Source: Rhodoferax sp. (GTDB lineage: Bacteria; Pseudomonadota; Gammaproteobacteria; Burkholderiales; Burkholderiaceae_C). From it: a DNA stretch of 64,000 nt. The stretch lies in assembly GCF_023700745.1 (NCBI RefSeq), contig NZ_JAMPYG010000004.1, positions 1,629-65,628 of the forward strand. The letters run 5' to 3'. The notes below the pieces were generated by a model, which saw nothing but the letters and a program-made list of their open reading frames with translations, did not search any database and was not told the DNA's origin. Shown here piece after piece: positions 9,801 to 19,203 of the stretch (the stretch's first letter is position 1; the number at the start of each line of letters is the position of its first letter). Both the position numbers and the translations under genes were made by a program.

Positions 9801-9971
9801 TTCAAGACCATCGCAGAGGGTGTGGAAACACAGTTCCAACTTGATTATTTGCGTGCCCAGGGGTGCGACGAAATTCAGGGTTACCTCTTTGGACATCCGG
9901 TCCCCGCAGAAGAATTCGCCAGCCTGCTGCGCAAAGCTGGCCCGCTTGAGAGCATTGAACCCGGCGTGTGA
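6864..9971 (+). CDS. CHASE-PAS-PAS-GGDEF(degenerate)-EAL sensory c-di-GMP protein
   Basis: N-terminal TM plus a CHASE-like periplasmic region (YAPIVLIEPFEGSNVKALGFDVTSNP..VMYVPIY) and a second TM. PAS regions follow. GGDEF domain reads RHSADEF at the A-site. EAL domain carries EALIRW, DDFGTGYSSL, KIDQSFV and EGVETQ. Confidence 0.85.
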   Translation: MSTHWQPNKLVAPLVTLTMLGVTAGYWANEESELLAKRQQVFQEAANLVTQNIDQSISNINVVLRGVKGLYESSSEVTRSDFRQYYKSLELEHIRHSLQGLAIAVRVSQAHKPRHLAEMNSLGISDYRIKPEGERAQYAPIVLIEPFEGSNVKALGFDVTSNPGSLDALERARDTGEMALTGRIKLVQDDTDALSAVVMYVPIYAKDGRIGTQEGRREALVGWVSGPFHIHNLLRSMEQQIPDDVGFDIYEGEAALPGAQLVGWKTASGVTDPTSELNITRTLEMGGKRWTLVFRTLPAFENNFNNTHAHSLIALMGIALSFLLGWLSWLLLTGRERAVVLASKMTQELRQTQAELEATLDAVPDVLFEVDLAGRYHAFRTSRLNLLAVPPEMFLGKLISEVLPAQASLISRDALQEANANGFSIGQQIEIPIGGELHWFELSIARKNDIGAGEPRFIVISRDITERKKSEEQLRLGAQMFTSSRDGIVITDARNRVLSVNPAFTTITGYSEAETIGRSPGFLKSGRHDQAFYAAMWQDIQTDGYWQGELWNKRKNGVIYPEWLSISAVKDASGSITSYIGILSDLTDRKADQERIAYLDHYDKLTQLPNSDLLFDRAALALATAKRTSGRVSMLFLDIDRFQYINDSLGRSVGDQVLRTIATRLVRNLQADDTVCRHSADEFILLLPNTSAHGAAHAASRMLAIIKEPVVLDSGQELRLTASVGAAIYPDNGTDLEKLTQCAGAALKQAKLNGRDNFKFFTEQMHGQVNDILLIENQLRQALSKGELLLYYQPQVDALTCRMIGAEALIRWQHPEWGLVLPSRFIPIAENSGQILAIGDWVLRTAVQQVASWQREGLSVVPVAVNLSALQFHQSTLCETVGAALQNSQLSPALLELELTERIAMEDSSLAVEQIRKLHAMGVTLSIDDFGTGYSSLSYLKLYQIDKLKIDQSFVRELGHDDNDGAIVRAIINMSHGLGFKTIAEGVETQFQLDYLRAQGCDEIQGYLFGHPVPAEEFASLLRKAGPLESIEPGV

Positions 9972-10031
9972 CGCGATCCCGGTTTGACCACCCCGACCGG
10001 TTTCGACCGACCCGAGACCATTGACCAGCGC

Positions 10032-10499
10032 TTACTTCAGCGGTATGGGCTGCGCTGCCGGCACCGGCACTGCCGTCACGCTGTTTTTCGGGCTGCCATC
10101 AATGAGTTTGTCGGAGTACACCAGATAGACCAACGTGTTGCGCTTGCGGTCAACCATACGCACCACGCGCACATGCTTGAACAGAAAAGATGTGCGGGCA
10201 TTGAACACTTCGTCTTGCATGGCGATCTTGCCCTTGAAGGCAATCGGCCCGATCTGGCGGCAAGCCACCGAGGCGTCAGACGTGTCTTCTGCCAAGCCCA
10301 GCGCGCCTTTGTAGCCACCTGTTTTAGCGTGCGACAAATAGCAGGCTACCCCGGCCACGTCAGGATCATCAAACACTTCCACAACCACTTTGTCGTTGGG
10401 ACTCAATAATTTGAAGGTGGTACTGACGTCGCCCACGGTTTCAGCAACACCGCCCAGCGATGCGGACAGGAAAGCCAGGGCAAAGAAAACTTTTTTCAT
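10032..10499 (-). CDS. creA: CreA family exported protein
   Basis: 155 aa with a signal peptide (MKKVFFALAFLSASLGG). Conserved CreA core VVVEVFDDPDVAGVACYLSHAKTGG..LVYLVYSDKLIDGSPKNS. Confidence 0.75.
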   Translation of the reverse strand: MKKVFFALAFLSASLGGVAETVGDVSTTFKLLSPNDKVVVEVFDDPDVAGVACYLSHAKTGGYKGALGLAEDTSDASVACRQIGPIAFKGKIAMQDEVFNARTSFLFKHVRVVRMVDRKRNTLVYLVYSDKLIDGSPKNSVTAVPVPAAQPIPLK

Positions 10500-10514
10500 G
10501 CATGGACTGCCAGA

Positions 10515-11822
10515 TCAACCCGCCTGATACGCCACGCGACCAGCCACCAGGGTGCAGCGCACACGTCCAGGTAACTCGTAGCCCGAGAACGGCGTGTGTT
10601 TACCCTGACTGACCAGGCTGTCGGCCTGCACCGTCCAGCCGGCTTGCGGGTCAAACACACAGACATCGGCCAGACCACCCACCTGCAAGCGTCCGGTGCG
10701 ACCGAGCCGGGGGCCCAGCGCCGCGCCCAGCACCTGGGCCGGGCCGTCGGTGACCACCGCGATGGCGCGCGCCAGATCGATGCCGCTGTCCAGATGCCAT
10801 TTGTAGGCCAGACTCAGCAACAGCTCCAGGCCGGTGGCACCGGGCTCGCTTTCGGCAAACGGCAAGTTCTTCGTGTCTTCATCCACCGGCGTGTGATCCG
10901 ACACCAGCGCGTCGATGGTGGCATCCAGCAGACCGGCGCGCAGCGCGTCGCGATCGCGCTGCTGGCGCAAGGGTGGGTTCAGGCGCGCGCGGCTGTCAAA
11001 GTAGCCGATGTCGGCGTCGGTCAGATGCAAGGAGTTGATGCTGACGTCGCAAGTCACTTTCAAGCCGTCCAGCTTGGCCTGGCGCACCAGGGCGACACCA
11101 GCGGCGCTGCTGATGCGGCACAGGTGCACACGCGCCCCGGTGGCGCGCATCAACTCGAAAATGGTGTGCAGGGCAATGGTCTCGGCCATGACCGGCACGC
11201 CGCTCAAGCCCATGCGGGTGGCCAGTGCGCCACTGGCCGCCACGCCCTGCCCCAGAAAATAGTCTTGCGGGCGCAGCCACACCGCGTAGCCAAAAGTGGT
11301 CGCGTACTGGAAAGCGCGTTGCAGCACCTGGGTATTGCCCAGCATTCCCTCGGCCTGGCTGAAAGCCACACAACCGGCGTCGCTCAACATCGCCATCTCG
11401 GTCAGCGTTTCGCACTTGAGGCTGCGCGTCAGCGCGCCCAGCGGGTAAACGCGCGCCTGCTCCAGCTTTTCGGCCCGAAAGCGCAGCATCTCCACCAAGC
11501 CCGGTTCGTCCAGCACCGGGTCGGTATCAGGCTGACAGACCAGGCTGGTGACGCCACCGGCCATGGCTGCGGCCATTTCGGATTCGAGCATGCGGGCGTG
11601 CTCGTTGCCCGGCTCGCGCAGGCGCACCGCCAAATCCACCAGGCCCGGCAAGACCAGGCAGCCACCAGCCTGGATCGTCACATCAGCCTGGAAATCCGCA
11701 GGGATATCTTGAATCGCGACGACCGCGCCATTGGCTAGGGCGACATCCGCTTTGGCGTCCAGACCACTGGCGGGGTCGATGACCCGGCCGCCTTGAATGA
11801 GCACACGTGTTTGCTTGTTCAT
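10515..11822 (-). CDS. dihydroorotase-like protein, non-catalytic PyrC' partner of aspartate carbamoyltransferase
   Basis: Amidohydrolase-fold DHOase homologue immediately downstream of pyrB. The HxH metal motif is replaced (VDLAVRLREPG). Confidence 0.8.
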   Translation of the reverse strand: MNKQTRVLIQGGRVIDPASGLDAKADVALANGAVVAIQDIPADFQADVTIQAGGCLVLPGLVDLAVRLREPGNEHARMLESEMAAAMAGGVTSLVCQPDTDPVLDEPGLVEMLRFRAEKLEQARVYPLGALTRSLKCETLTEMAMLSDAGCVAFSQAEGMLGNTQVLQRAFQYATTFGYAVWLRPQDYFLGQGVAASGALATRMGLSGVPVMAETIALHTIFELMRATGARVHLCRISSAAGVALVRQAKLDGLKVTCDVSINSLHLTDADIGYFDSRARLNPPLRQQRDRDALRAGLLDATIDALVSDHTPVDEDTKNLPFAESEPGATGLELLLSLAYKWHLDSGIDLARAIAVVTDGPAQVLGAALGPRLGRTGRLQVGGLADVCVFDPQAGWTVQADSLVSQGKHTPFSGYELPGRVRCTLVAGRVAYQAG

Positions 11823-11841
11823 TGGTTGTTCTCAAAAAAGT

Positions 11842-12804
11842 TCAGGCTTCGTTGCCAGCCACGATGCTCATCACCGCCATACGCACCGCGATGCCAAAGG
11901 TCACCTGCGGCAGGATCACGCTTTGGCGCCCATCGACCACCGCCGAATCAATTTCGACGCCGCGGTTGATCGGGCCGGGGTGCATCACGATGGCGTCGGG
12001 CTTGGCCAATTGCAGCTTGGTCGGGGTCAGGCCAAAGCTCTTGAAAAATTCCTGGCTGGACGGCAGCAGCGCACCGCTCATGCGCTCGTTTTGCAAGCGC
12101 AGCATGATCACCACATCGGCGTCCTTGATGCCTTCCTCAAGGGTATGGCAAACCCGCACGCCCATCTGCGCCATGTCTGACGGCACCAGGGTCTTGGGGC
12201 CGACCACGCGCACCTCGGCACAGCCCAGCGTAGTGAGCGCGTGGATGTCAGAGCGCGCCACACGCGAGTGCAACACGTCGCCCACGATGGCCACCGTGAG
12301 GTTGGCAAAGTCGCCCTTGTAATGGCGAATGGTGTACATGTCGAGCAGCCCCTGGGTGGGGTGGGCGTGGCGGCCGTCACCGGCGTTGACCACGTGCACA
12401 TGCGGCGCCACGTGCTGGGCGATCAGGTAAGGCGCGCCCGACTCGCTGTGGCGCACCACAAAAATGTCGGCAGCCATGGCGCTGAGGTTGGCAATGGTGT
12501 CGAGCAGCGACTCGCCCTTGGCGGCGGACGACTTGGCAATGTCGAGGTTGATGACGTCGGCGCTCAGACGCTTGGCGGCAATCTCGAACGTGGTGCGGGT
12601 GCGCGTGGAGTTCTCAAAAAACAGGTTGAAGACGCTTTTTCCCCGCAACAGAGGAACTTTCTTGACCTCGCGGTTGCCCACCGAAACGAAATTGGCGGCG
12701 GTATCGAGCACCTGGGTCAGGATGCTTTTGGGCAGGCCCTCGGTCGAGAGCAAATGGATCAGCTCGCCGTTTTTATTGAGCTGCGGGTTACGCTGGTACA
12801 ACAT
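11842..12804 (-). CDS. pyrB: aspartate carbamoyltransferase catalytic subunit
   Basis: [13 protein letters not shown] and [10 protein letters not shown] motifs. 320 aa. Confidence 0.95.
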   Translation of the reverse strand: MLYQRNPQLNKNGELIHLLSTEGLPKSILTQVLDTAANFVSVGNREVKKVPLLRGKSVFNLFFENSTRTRTTFEIAAKRLSADVINLDIAKSSAAKGESLLDTIANLSAMAADIFVVRHSESGAPYLIAQHVAPHVHVVNAGDGRHAHPTQGLLDMYTIRHYKGDFANLTVAIVGDVLHSRVARSDIHALTTLGCAEVRVVGPKTLVPSDMAQMGVRVCHTLEEGIKDADVVIMLRLQNERMSGALLPSSQEFFKSFGLTPTKLQLAKPDAIVMHPGPINRGVEIDSAVVDGRQSVILPQVTFGIAVRMAVMSIVAGNEA

Positions 12805-12806
12805 GG

Positions 12807-13304
12807 CTAAATGTCCTTCACGTTAAAACTGAAGCGACCATCCTCATGGCGCACCAGCGCCAACGACTGGCTGGCGGGCAGATGGATGCGTGCACTGCAC
12901 AGGTCGGCCTGGATCGGCAGTTCGCGGCCGCCGCGGTCCACCAGCACCGCCAGCCTGACGCTGGCCGGGCGACCAAAGTCAAACAGCTCGTTGAGCACGG
13001 CGCGCACCGTGCGCCCGGTAAACAGCACATCGTCGAGCAACAGCACATGGGCGCCGTTGACGTCAAACGGGATTTGCGTCTGCGCACTGCTGGTCATGCC
13101 GCGACGGGCGAAATCGTCGCGGTGCATGGCCGACGAGATCACGCCAAACGGCTGCAGCAGGCCCAGGTCCTGCTGCAGGCGCTCGGCCAGCCAGACGCCG
13201 CCCGAAGCGATGCCCAACAGCTGCGTGTCCGGTTGCAGCAAGGGGCGTAAATTGTGTGCCAGATCGGCATACAGGGCCTCGGCATCAAGTGCCAGTGTGC
13301 TCAT
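12807..13304 (-). CDS. pyrR: PyrR bifunctional pyrimidine regulatory protein / uracil phosphoribosyltransferase
   Basis: PRPP-binding motif [16 protein letters not shown]. Position upstream of pyrB. ATGA overlap with ruvX. Confidence 0.85.
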   Translation of the reverse strand: MSTLALDAEALYADLAHNLRPLLQPDTQLLGIASGGVWLAERLQQDLGLLQPFGVISSAMHRDDFARRGMTSSAQTQIPFDVNGAHVLLLDDVLFTGRTVRAVLNELFDFGRPASVRLAVLVDRGGRELPIQADLCSARIHLPASQSLALVRHEDGRFSFNVKDI

Positions 13305-13738
13305 GGAAGACTCCTTAAAAACTGTTCCAGGATGATGCAGGCGGCCGCCGCATCGGCGTCGCGGGCACCATGCGAGTGGGCCTCGGTGGTGGTGTAGCGC
13401 TCATCGACCTCAAAGACCGGCAGGCTAAAGCGACCGTGCAACTGGCGCGCAAAGCGGCGCGCCCGCACCGTGTTTTCATGCGCGGCGCCATCGGGGTGAA
13501 ACGGCACGCCGACCACCAGCGCGTCGGGCTGCCAGGTGTTGAGCTGCTGCGCCACCTTGTCAAACCGGGCCTTGCCCTCGGCAACGATCGTGCCCTGCGG
13601 CTGGGCAGTGCGCATGAGTCGGTTGCCCACCGCAAAGCCGGTGCGCTTGAGGCCGAAGTCCAACGCCATGAAGGTTTGCAAATGGGTAGGCACCACCGGC
13701 TGTGGGTTGACGCTTGAACTGTCCGGCAAAGTGCTCAT
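13301..13738 (-). CDS. ruvX: Holliday junction resolvase-like nuclease RuvX (YqgF)
   Basis: ALDFGLKRTGFAVG N-terminal motif and ERYTT near the C-terminus. ATGA overlaps on both sides. Confidence 0.85.
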   Translation of the reverse strand: MSTLPDSSSVNPQPVVPTHLQTFMALDFGLKRTGFAVGNRLMRTAQPQGTIVAEGKARFDKVAQQLNTWQPDALVVGVPFHPDGAAHENTVRARRFARQLHGRFSLPVFEVDERYTTTEAHSHGARDADAAAACIILEQFLRSLP

Positions 13739-14334
13739 GCGTGTCCGGCGTCGGGGGCCAGCATCCAGGGCTCCAGGCCCAGCAGCTTGAGGGCCTGGGC
13801 ATAGCGCTCGGGCACCGGGGTCTCAAAGATCAGCCGGGCGTCGGCCTCGACAGTGAGCCAACTGTTGTCACCCAGTTCAGATTCCAGTTGACCCTCACCC
13901 CAAGCAGAATACCCCAATGAAATCAAAACCTTGCGTGGCCCAGCGCCGGTAGAGATGGCCTCCAGCACATCGCGCGAGGTGGTCATCTCCAGGCCGCCAG
14001 GGATCACCATGGTGCTGGCATAAACCGGTTGCTCGGGCTGAGCATCATCGGCAAAGGTGGCTTCATGCAGGACAAAGCCGCGTTCGGTCTGCACCGGCCC
14101 GCCAAAGAAAACAGGAGCGGTTTGCAGGTCGGAGCGACTCAGTGGCAGTTCCACCTTGTCAAACAGACCCTTGAGGTCAATGTCGCAGGGTTTGTTGATG
14201 ACCAGCCCCAAGGCTCCCCGTGGGCTGTGCTCGCACAGATAAACGACACTGTGTTCAAAGAGCGGATCCTGCAGGCCGGGCATGGCGATCAAAAAATGAT
14301 TCGTCAGGTTGATGGGAGCAGAATCAGAAGACAT
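13735..14334 (-). CDS. YqgE/AlgH family protein
   Basis: NHFLIAMPGLQDPLFEHSVVYLCEHSPRGALGLVINKP is the family signature. Conserved position upstream of ruvX. Confidence 0.85.
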   Translation of the reverse strand: MSSDSAPINLTNHFLIAMPGLQDPLFEHSVVYLCEHSPRGALGLVINKPCDIDLKGLFDKVELPLSRSDLQTAPVFFGGPVQTERGFVLHEATFADDAQPEQPVYASTMVIPGGLEMTTSRDVLEAISTGAGPRKVLISLGYSAWGEGQLESELGDNSWLTVEADARLIFETPVPERYAQALKLLGLEPWMLAPDAGHA

Positions 14335-14349
14335 GGAACAATTTTAGCG

Positions 14350-15840
14350 ATGAACATGACCCAAAATCTTGACACCGGTCTGATATGGTTCCGGCGCGAT
14401 TTGCGCGTGGCGGACAATGCCGCGCTGCACCTGGCACTCTCCCGGTGCCGTCAGGTGCACTGCGTTTTTATTTATGACAAAGCGATTCTGGCGGACCTGC
14501 CGCACGCGGACCGGCGCGTCGAATTTATCCGCGAATCCCTGGTGGAACTGGACGCGGCCCTGCGCCAGCTCAGTGGCAAGGTGGGGGCCGGCCTGATCGT
14601 GCGCCATGCGCTGGCCAGCGACGAGTTGCCCCGGTTGGCGGCGCTTCTAAAAGTGCAGGCGGTATTTGCCGCGCGCGACTACGAGCCGCAAGCGCTGGCG
14701 CGCGACGACACAGTGCGCGCAGCGCTGGCACAAGCCGGCTGCGCGTTTTTTACCTGCAAGGACCAGGTCATTTTTGAAGGCCACGAGATCCTGACCCAGT
14801 CCGGCACGCCCTACGGCGTCTTCACGCCCTACAAAAACAACTGGCTGTCACGGGTCGCGCCGGAACACCTGGCGCAGCACGACAGCACGCCGCTGGGGCA
14901 GCGCCTGCTGGAACGTCCGCCAGCACTGCAACAGCCCGTGCCCAGCCTGCACGCGCTTGGTTTCGAGCCCACCAACCTGGCCAACCTGAAAATCCCAACC
15001 GGTGAAAGCGGTGGCCAGGCCTTGTTGGACACCTTTTTTGAGCGCATGGACGACTACCACGCCACGCGGGATTTCCCGGCGGTCAAGGGCCCGAGTTACC
15101 TGGGCGTGCACCTGCGCTTTGGCACCGTGTCGATCCGCCAGCTGGTGCGTATCGCCCTGCAACGCCAGGCCGCGGGCAGCGCGGGCGCAGCGGTATGGCT
15201 CAGCGAACTGGTGTGGCGTGATTTTTACTTTGCCATTCTGGCCAACGTCCCGCAGGTGGCGCAGCGCGCCTTCAAGCCCGAATACGATGCCATCCAGTGG
15301 GAGAGTGGTCCGGGCGCAGAAGCACTGTTCAAGGCCTGGTGTGAGGGGCGCACCGGCTACCCGCTGGTCGACGCGGCCATGGCACAGATCAACCAGACCG
15401 GCTACATGCACAACCGTCTGCGCATGGTGGCGGGCAGTTTCCTGGTGAAGGATCTTGGCATTGACTGGCGCTGGGGCGAGCGCTACTTTGCCGAAAAACT
15501 CAACGACTTCGACCTGTCGGCCAACAACGGCGGCTGGCAGTGGGTGGCGTCCAGCGGTTGTGATGCCCAACCCTACTTTCGCATCTTCAACCCGGTCAGT
15601 CAGAGTGAAAAGTTCGACCCGCAAGGCAAATTCATCCGCCGTTACCTGCCGCAACTGGCCGGACTGTCCGACAAAACCATCCACGCACCCTGGGCCGCCA
15701 AACCGCTGGAGCGGCAAATGGCCGGCGTGGTGCTGGGCCAAAACTACCCGCACCCCGTGGTGGCCCACGACGAGGCCCGGGCCAAAACATTGCAGCGCTA
15801 TGCGGTGGTCAAGAAGTCAGGTGTGCCGGAGGCAAAGTAG
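14350..15840 (+). CDS. phrB: deoxyribodipyrimidine photolyase (class I CPD)
   Basis: GLIWFRRDLRVADNAAL N-terminus. TGYPLVDAAM..TGYMHNRLRM and WGERYF..DLSANNGGWQW FAD-domain motifs. The ORF-track start at 14029 is an extension that overlaps yqgE. Confidence 0.9.
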   Translation: MNMTQNLDTGLIWFRRDLRVADNAALHLALSRCRQVHCVFIYDKAILADLPHADRRVEFIRESLVELDAALRQLSGKVGAGLIVRHALASDELPRLAALLKVQAVFAARDYEPQALARDDTVRAALAQAGCAFFTCKDQVIFEGHEILTQSGTPYGVFTPYKNNWLSRVAPEHLAQHDSTPLGQRLLERPPALQQPVPSLHALGFEPTNLANLKIPTGESGGQALLDTFFERMDDYHATRDFPAVKGPSYLGVHLRFGTVSIRQLVRIALQRQAAGSAGAAVWLSELVWRDFYFAILANVPQVAQRAFKPEYDAIQWESGPGAEALFKAWCEGRTGYPLVDAAMAQINQTGYMHNRLRMVAGSFLVKDLGIDWRWGERYFAEKLNDFDLSANNGGWQWVASSGCDAQPYFRIFNPVSQSEKFDPQGKFIRRYLPQLAGLSDKTIHAPWAAKPLERQMAGVVLGQNYPHPVVAHDEARAKTLQRYAVVKKSGVPEAK

Positions 15841-15873
15841 CACGGATGAAGTTCAGCGCAATCCGGGAAGGCC

Positions 15874-16047
15874 TCAAATTTGGACCATCTCGAAATCTTC
15901 CTTGCGGGCACCGCATTCGGGGCAGGTCCAGTTGAGTGGCACATCGCGCCAGGCCGTGCCAGCCGGCACGCCATGTTCGGGATCGCCCGCTTCCTCGTCG
16001 TAAATCCAGCCACAAATCAGGCACATCCAGGTTGTCGATTGCGTCAC
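15874..16047 (-). CDS. rubredoxin
   Basis: WMCLICGWIYDE..WTCPECGARKEDFE contains both CxxCG knuckles. The start is uncertain among GTG at 16047, ATG at 16026 and the track's TTG at 16107. Confidence 0.85.
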   Translation of the reverse strand: MTQSTTWMCLICGWIYDEEAGDPEHGVPAGTAWRDVPLNWTCPECGARKEDFEMVQI

Positions 16048-16149
16048 AGTGTCCAAGGCCTTCCAATAGAATGTCTCATCATTCGCACCCTGACTTGATT
16101 CCAACAAACAAGCCCGGTACCCATCGCCTTATTCTGCCTGATCCAAACC

Positions 16150-17463
16150 ATGAACAACTCCTCTGATCGCAATGCCACTTTGTTTGCCCGCGCCACACAG
16201 GTGATCCCGGGGGGTGTCAACTCGCCCGTGCGCGCTTTTCGTGCAGTCGGCGGTACACCCCGCTTCATCAGCCGGGCCCAAGGGGCCTACATGTGGGACG
16301 CCAACGGCCAGCGCTATACCGACTACATTGGCTCCTGGGGCCCGATGATCCTGGGCCACGGCCACCCGGCGGTGGTGGAAGCCGTGCAAAAAGCGTTGCT
16401 GGAAGGCTTCTCTTTCGGCGCCCCGACCGAACGCGAGGTGGAACTGGCCGAGGCTATTTTGAAACTCATGCCGAGCATGGACATGGTGCGCCTGGTGAGC
16501 TCGGGCACCGAAGCGGGCATGAGCACCATCCGCCTGGCGCGCGGTGCCACCGGCCGCAGCAAGCTCATCAAATTTGAAGGCTGCTACCACGGCCATGCCG
16601 ATGCGCTGCTGGTCAAGGCCGGCTCGGGTCTGGCCACGTTTGGCAACCCGACCAGTGCCGGCGTGCCACCCGAAGTGGTGCAGCACACGCTGGTGCTCGA
16701 ATTCAACAACATCGAACAACTCGAAGCCGCCTTTGCCGAACAAGGCAACGAGATCGCCTGCCTGATGATGGAGCCGATCTGCGGCAACATGAACTTCGTG
16801 CGCGCCACCGTGCCCTTCATGAAGCGCTGCCGCGAGCTGTGTACCCAGTACGGCGCACTGCTGGTGCTGGACGAGGTCATGACGGGTTTTCGCGTGGCGC
16901 TGGGCGGCGCGCAAAGTGTTTATGCCAAAGAAATTCCGGGCTTCGAGTCCGACATGACGGTGATGGGCAAGGTGATTGGCGGCGGCATGCCGCTGGCCGC
17001 CTTTGGCGCCAAGCGGGCGGTGATGGAACACCTGGCGCCGCTGGGCTCGGTGTACCAAGCTGGCACCCTGAGTGGCAACCCGGTGGCTACGGCCTGCGGT
17101 CTGGCCACACTGAATGAGATCACCAAGCCCGGTTTTTACGAGGAGCTGGCCCGCAAGACCCGCGCCCTGATCAGCGGTCTGAGCCAGGCTGCCAAAGCCG
17201 AAGGCGTGGCATTCAGTGGCGACTCGGAAGGCGGCATGATGGGCTTTTTCCTGCTCGACACCCTGCCCCACACCTACAGCCAGGTCATGAAGACCGATGG
17301 TGCCAAATTCAACCAGCTGTTCCACGGCCTGCTCGACCGTGGCGTCTACATTGCGCCGGCGTTGTACGAAGCCGGCTTTGTCAGCGCGGCCCACACCGAT
17401 GCCGACATTGCAGAGACCGTGGCGGCGGCGGCAGAGGTATTTAAGGCCTTGTCAAAGCAATAA
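16150..17463 (+). CDS. hemL: glutamate-1-semialdehyde 2,1-aminomutase
   Basis: Full-length class-III aminotransferase with the GSA-AM N-terminus ([14 protein letters not shown]) and a PLP lysine context ([10 protein letters not shown]). Confidence 0.95.
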   Translation: MNNSSDRNATLFARATQVIPGGVNSPVRAFRAVGGTPRFISRAQGAYMWDANGQRYTDYIGSWGPMILGHGHPAVVEAVQKALLEGFSFGAPTEREVELAEAILKLMPSMDMVRLVSSGTEAGMSTIRLARGATGRSKLIKFEGCYHGHADALLVKAGSGLATFGNPTSAGVPPEVVQHTLVLEFNNIEQLEAAFAEQGNEIACLMMEPICGNMNFVRATVPFMKRCRELCTQYGALLVLDEVMTGFRVALGGAQSVYAKEIPGFESDMTVMGKVIGGGMPLAAFGAKRAVMEHLAPLGSVYQAGTLSGNPVATACGLATLNEITKPGFYEELARKTRALISGLSQAAKAEGVAFSGDSEGGMMGFFLLDTLPHTYSQVMKTDGAKFNQLFHGLLDRGVYIAPALYEAGFVSAAHTDADIAETVAAAAEVFKALSKQ

Positions 17464-17468
17464 GACCC

Positions 17469-17549
17469 TGCCCCGATGGGGGCTTGGGTTCCCGCCGATT
17501 TCTGGGCGTCTGACAGTATGAGGCGGGGGCCCAAGCCCCCATCGGGGCA
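17469..17549. terminator. very long hairpin between convergent hemL and purH (candidate bidirectional terminator or REP-like element)
   Basis: CCCCGATGGGGGCTTGGG (17471-17488) is an exact reverse complement of 17530-17547. Pairing extends to about 28 bp including two G-T pairs, with a loop of about 25 nt. There is no clear T-tract. Confidence 0.5.
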
Positions 17550-17571
17550 ACTGACAGCGGTTCCTGGCAGC

Positions 17572-19155
17572 TCAATGCCTGAAATGGCGCACGCCTGAAT
17601 ACACCATGGCCACACCGCGCTCATCTGCTGCGTCGATCACCTCCTGGTCGCGCATGGAGCCACCCGGTTGAATGACACAAGTGGCGCCGGCATCGACCAC
17701 CACATCGAGCCCGTCGCGGAACGGGAAGAAAGCGTCGCTGGCGACCGCCGTGCCCTTCAGGCTCAGGCCCGCGTGTTCGGCCTTGATGCTGGCAATGCGC
17801 GCCGAATCAAGCCGGCTCATCTGGCCCGCGCCCACACCCATGGTCATGCCGCCCTTGCAGAAGACGATGGCGTTGCTCTTGACGAACTTGGCAATATTCC
17901 AGGCAAACAGCAGGTCCTGCAACTGTTCCTGCGTGGGTTGCAGTTTGGTCACGACCTTGAGGTCGGCCAGCGTGAGGATGTGGTTGTCAGCCGTCTGCAT
18001 CAACAGGCCGGAACCGACACGCTTGATGTCCATGGCGTTGCGGCCGTTGTCCCAGTCGCTGGCGCCCCCCGGCGGCAGGTCGATTTGCAGGATGCGCACG
18101 TTGACCTTGCTCTTGAACACGGCCAGCGCTTCGGGCGTGAAACTGGGCGCCATCAGCACCTCGATGAACTGCTTGGACATTTGCAGCGCTGCGCGCTCAT
18201 CAAGCGGACAGTTGAGGGCAATGATGCCACCAAAGGCCGAGGTGGGGTCGGTCTGGAAGGCCTTGCTGTAGGCCTCCAGCGCGTCGGCACCCACGGCGAC
18301 GCCGCAGGGATTAGCGTGCTTGACGATGACACAGGCCGGCGTGTCGAAGCTCTTGACGCATTCCCAGGCGGCGTCGGCATCGGCGATGTTGTTGTAGCTG
18401 AGTTCCTTGCCCTGCAATTGCACCGCGGTCACCAGCGAGCCAGGGGCCGGGTACAGGTCGCGGTAGAAGGCAGCGCTCTGGTGCGGGTTTTCACCGTAGC
18501 GCAGATCCTGCAGCTTGATAAACTGGCTGTTGGCCTGCGCCGGAAACAGGGTGCGCGCCGGCGTGCTGGCGCCTTCTTCAAACGCGATCGACGACAGGTA
18601 ATTGCTGATGGCGCCGTCGTACTGGCTGATGCGGTTGAACGCCGCCACCGACAGGGCAAACTTGGTCTGGAGCGTTAAACCGCCGTCCTTGAGTTCGGTC
18701 AGCACTTGCGCATACTGCGAGGCGTCGGTCAGCACCGCCACGTCCTTCCAGTTTTTGGCTGCGCTGCGCACCATGGCCGGACCACCGATGTCGATGTTCT
18801 CGATCGCGTCTTCGAGCGTGCAGCCGGCCTTGGCCACGGTGGCCTCGAACGGGTACAGGTTGACCACCAGCAGGTCGATGGTGTCGATGGCATGGGCCTT
18901 GAGCGCGGCCATGTGTTCGGGTAGGTCGCGCCGGGCCAGCAGGCCACCGTGCACCTTGGGATGCAGGGTTTTGACGCGGCCATCGAGCATCTCGGGGAAA
19001 CCGGTCACTTCGGCCACCTCAGTCACCGGCAGGCCCTGGTCGGCCAGCAGTTTGGCTGTGCCGCCGGTGGACAGCAGCTTGATGCCAAGCGCGTGCAGCG
19101 CCTGGGCAAATTCAACAATGCCGGTTTTGTCGGAGACAGATAGAAGAGCGTTCAT
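17572..19155 (-). CDS. purH: bifunctional AICAR formyltransferase / IMP cyclohydrolase
   Basis: 527 aa. [18 protein letters not shown]-like N-terminus and conserved AICARFT C-terminal half ending SGVRHFRH. Confidence 0.95.
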   Translation of the reverse strand: MNALLSVSDKTGIVEFAQALHALGIKLLSTGGTAKLLADQGLPVTEVAEVTGFPEMLDGRVKTLHPKVHGGLLARRDLPEHMAALKAHAIDTIDLLVVNLYPFEATVAKAGCTLEDAIENIDIGGPAMVRSAAKNWKDVAVLTDASQYAQVLTELKDGGLTLQTKFALSVAAFNRISQYDGAISNYLSSIAFEEGASTPARTLFPAQANSQFIKLQDLRYGENPHQSAAFYRDLYPAPGSLVTAVQLQGKELSYNNIADADAAWECVKSFDTPACVIVKHANPCGVAVGADALEAYSKAFQTDPTSAFGGIIALNCPLDERAALQMSKQFIEVLMAPSFTPEALAVFKSKVNVRILQIDLPPGGASDWDNGRNAMDIKRVGSGLLMQTADNHILTLADLKVVTKLQPTQEQLQDLLFAWNIAKFVKSNAIVFCKGGMTMGVGAGQMSRLDSARIASIKAEHAGLSLKGTAVASDAFFPFRDGLDVVVDAGATCVIQPGGSMRDQEVIDAADERGVAMVYSGVRHFRH

Positions 19156-19203
19156 GGGTTAAAAGGTGGTTAATTTAGGAAAAAAAGGAGGGAGCCCCGA
19201 ATT

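Noticed and set aside
9972-10031. Direct repeats CCGGTTTGACC / CCGGTTTCGACC between the convergent sensor and creA genes.
   Set aside because: They are short and imperfect, sit in a GACC-rich low-complexity stretch, and have no hairpin or T-tract. They are insufficient to call a repeat element or terminator.
14029-14349. N-terminal extensions in the ORF track: phrB 603 aa from 14029, dusB from 20780, sdaA from 34110, miaB from 47433, dctP from 50168, dctM from 51519, pdxJ from 55913, and the permease from 41506.
   Set aside because: The extensions overlap neighbouring genes. They start at GTG or TTG or lack an SD, and they add non-conserved residues ahead of the well-known family N-termini. 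Internal ATG or GTG starts with an SD or stop-start overlap were chosen instead.
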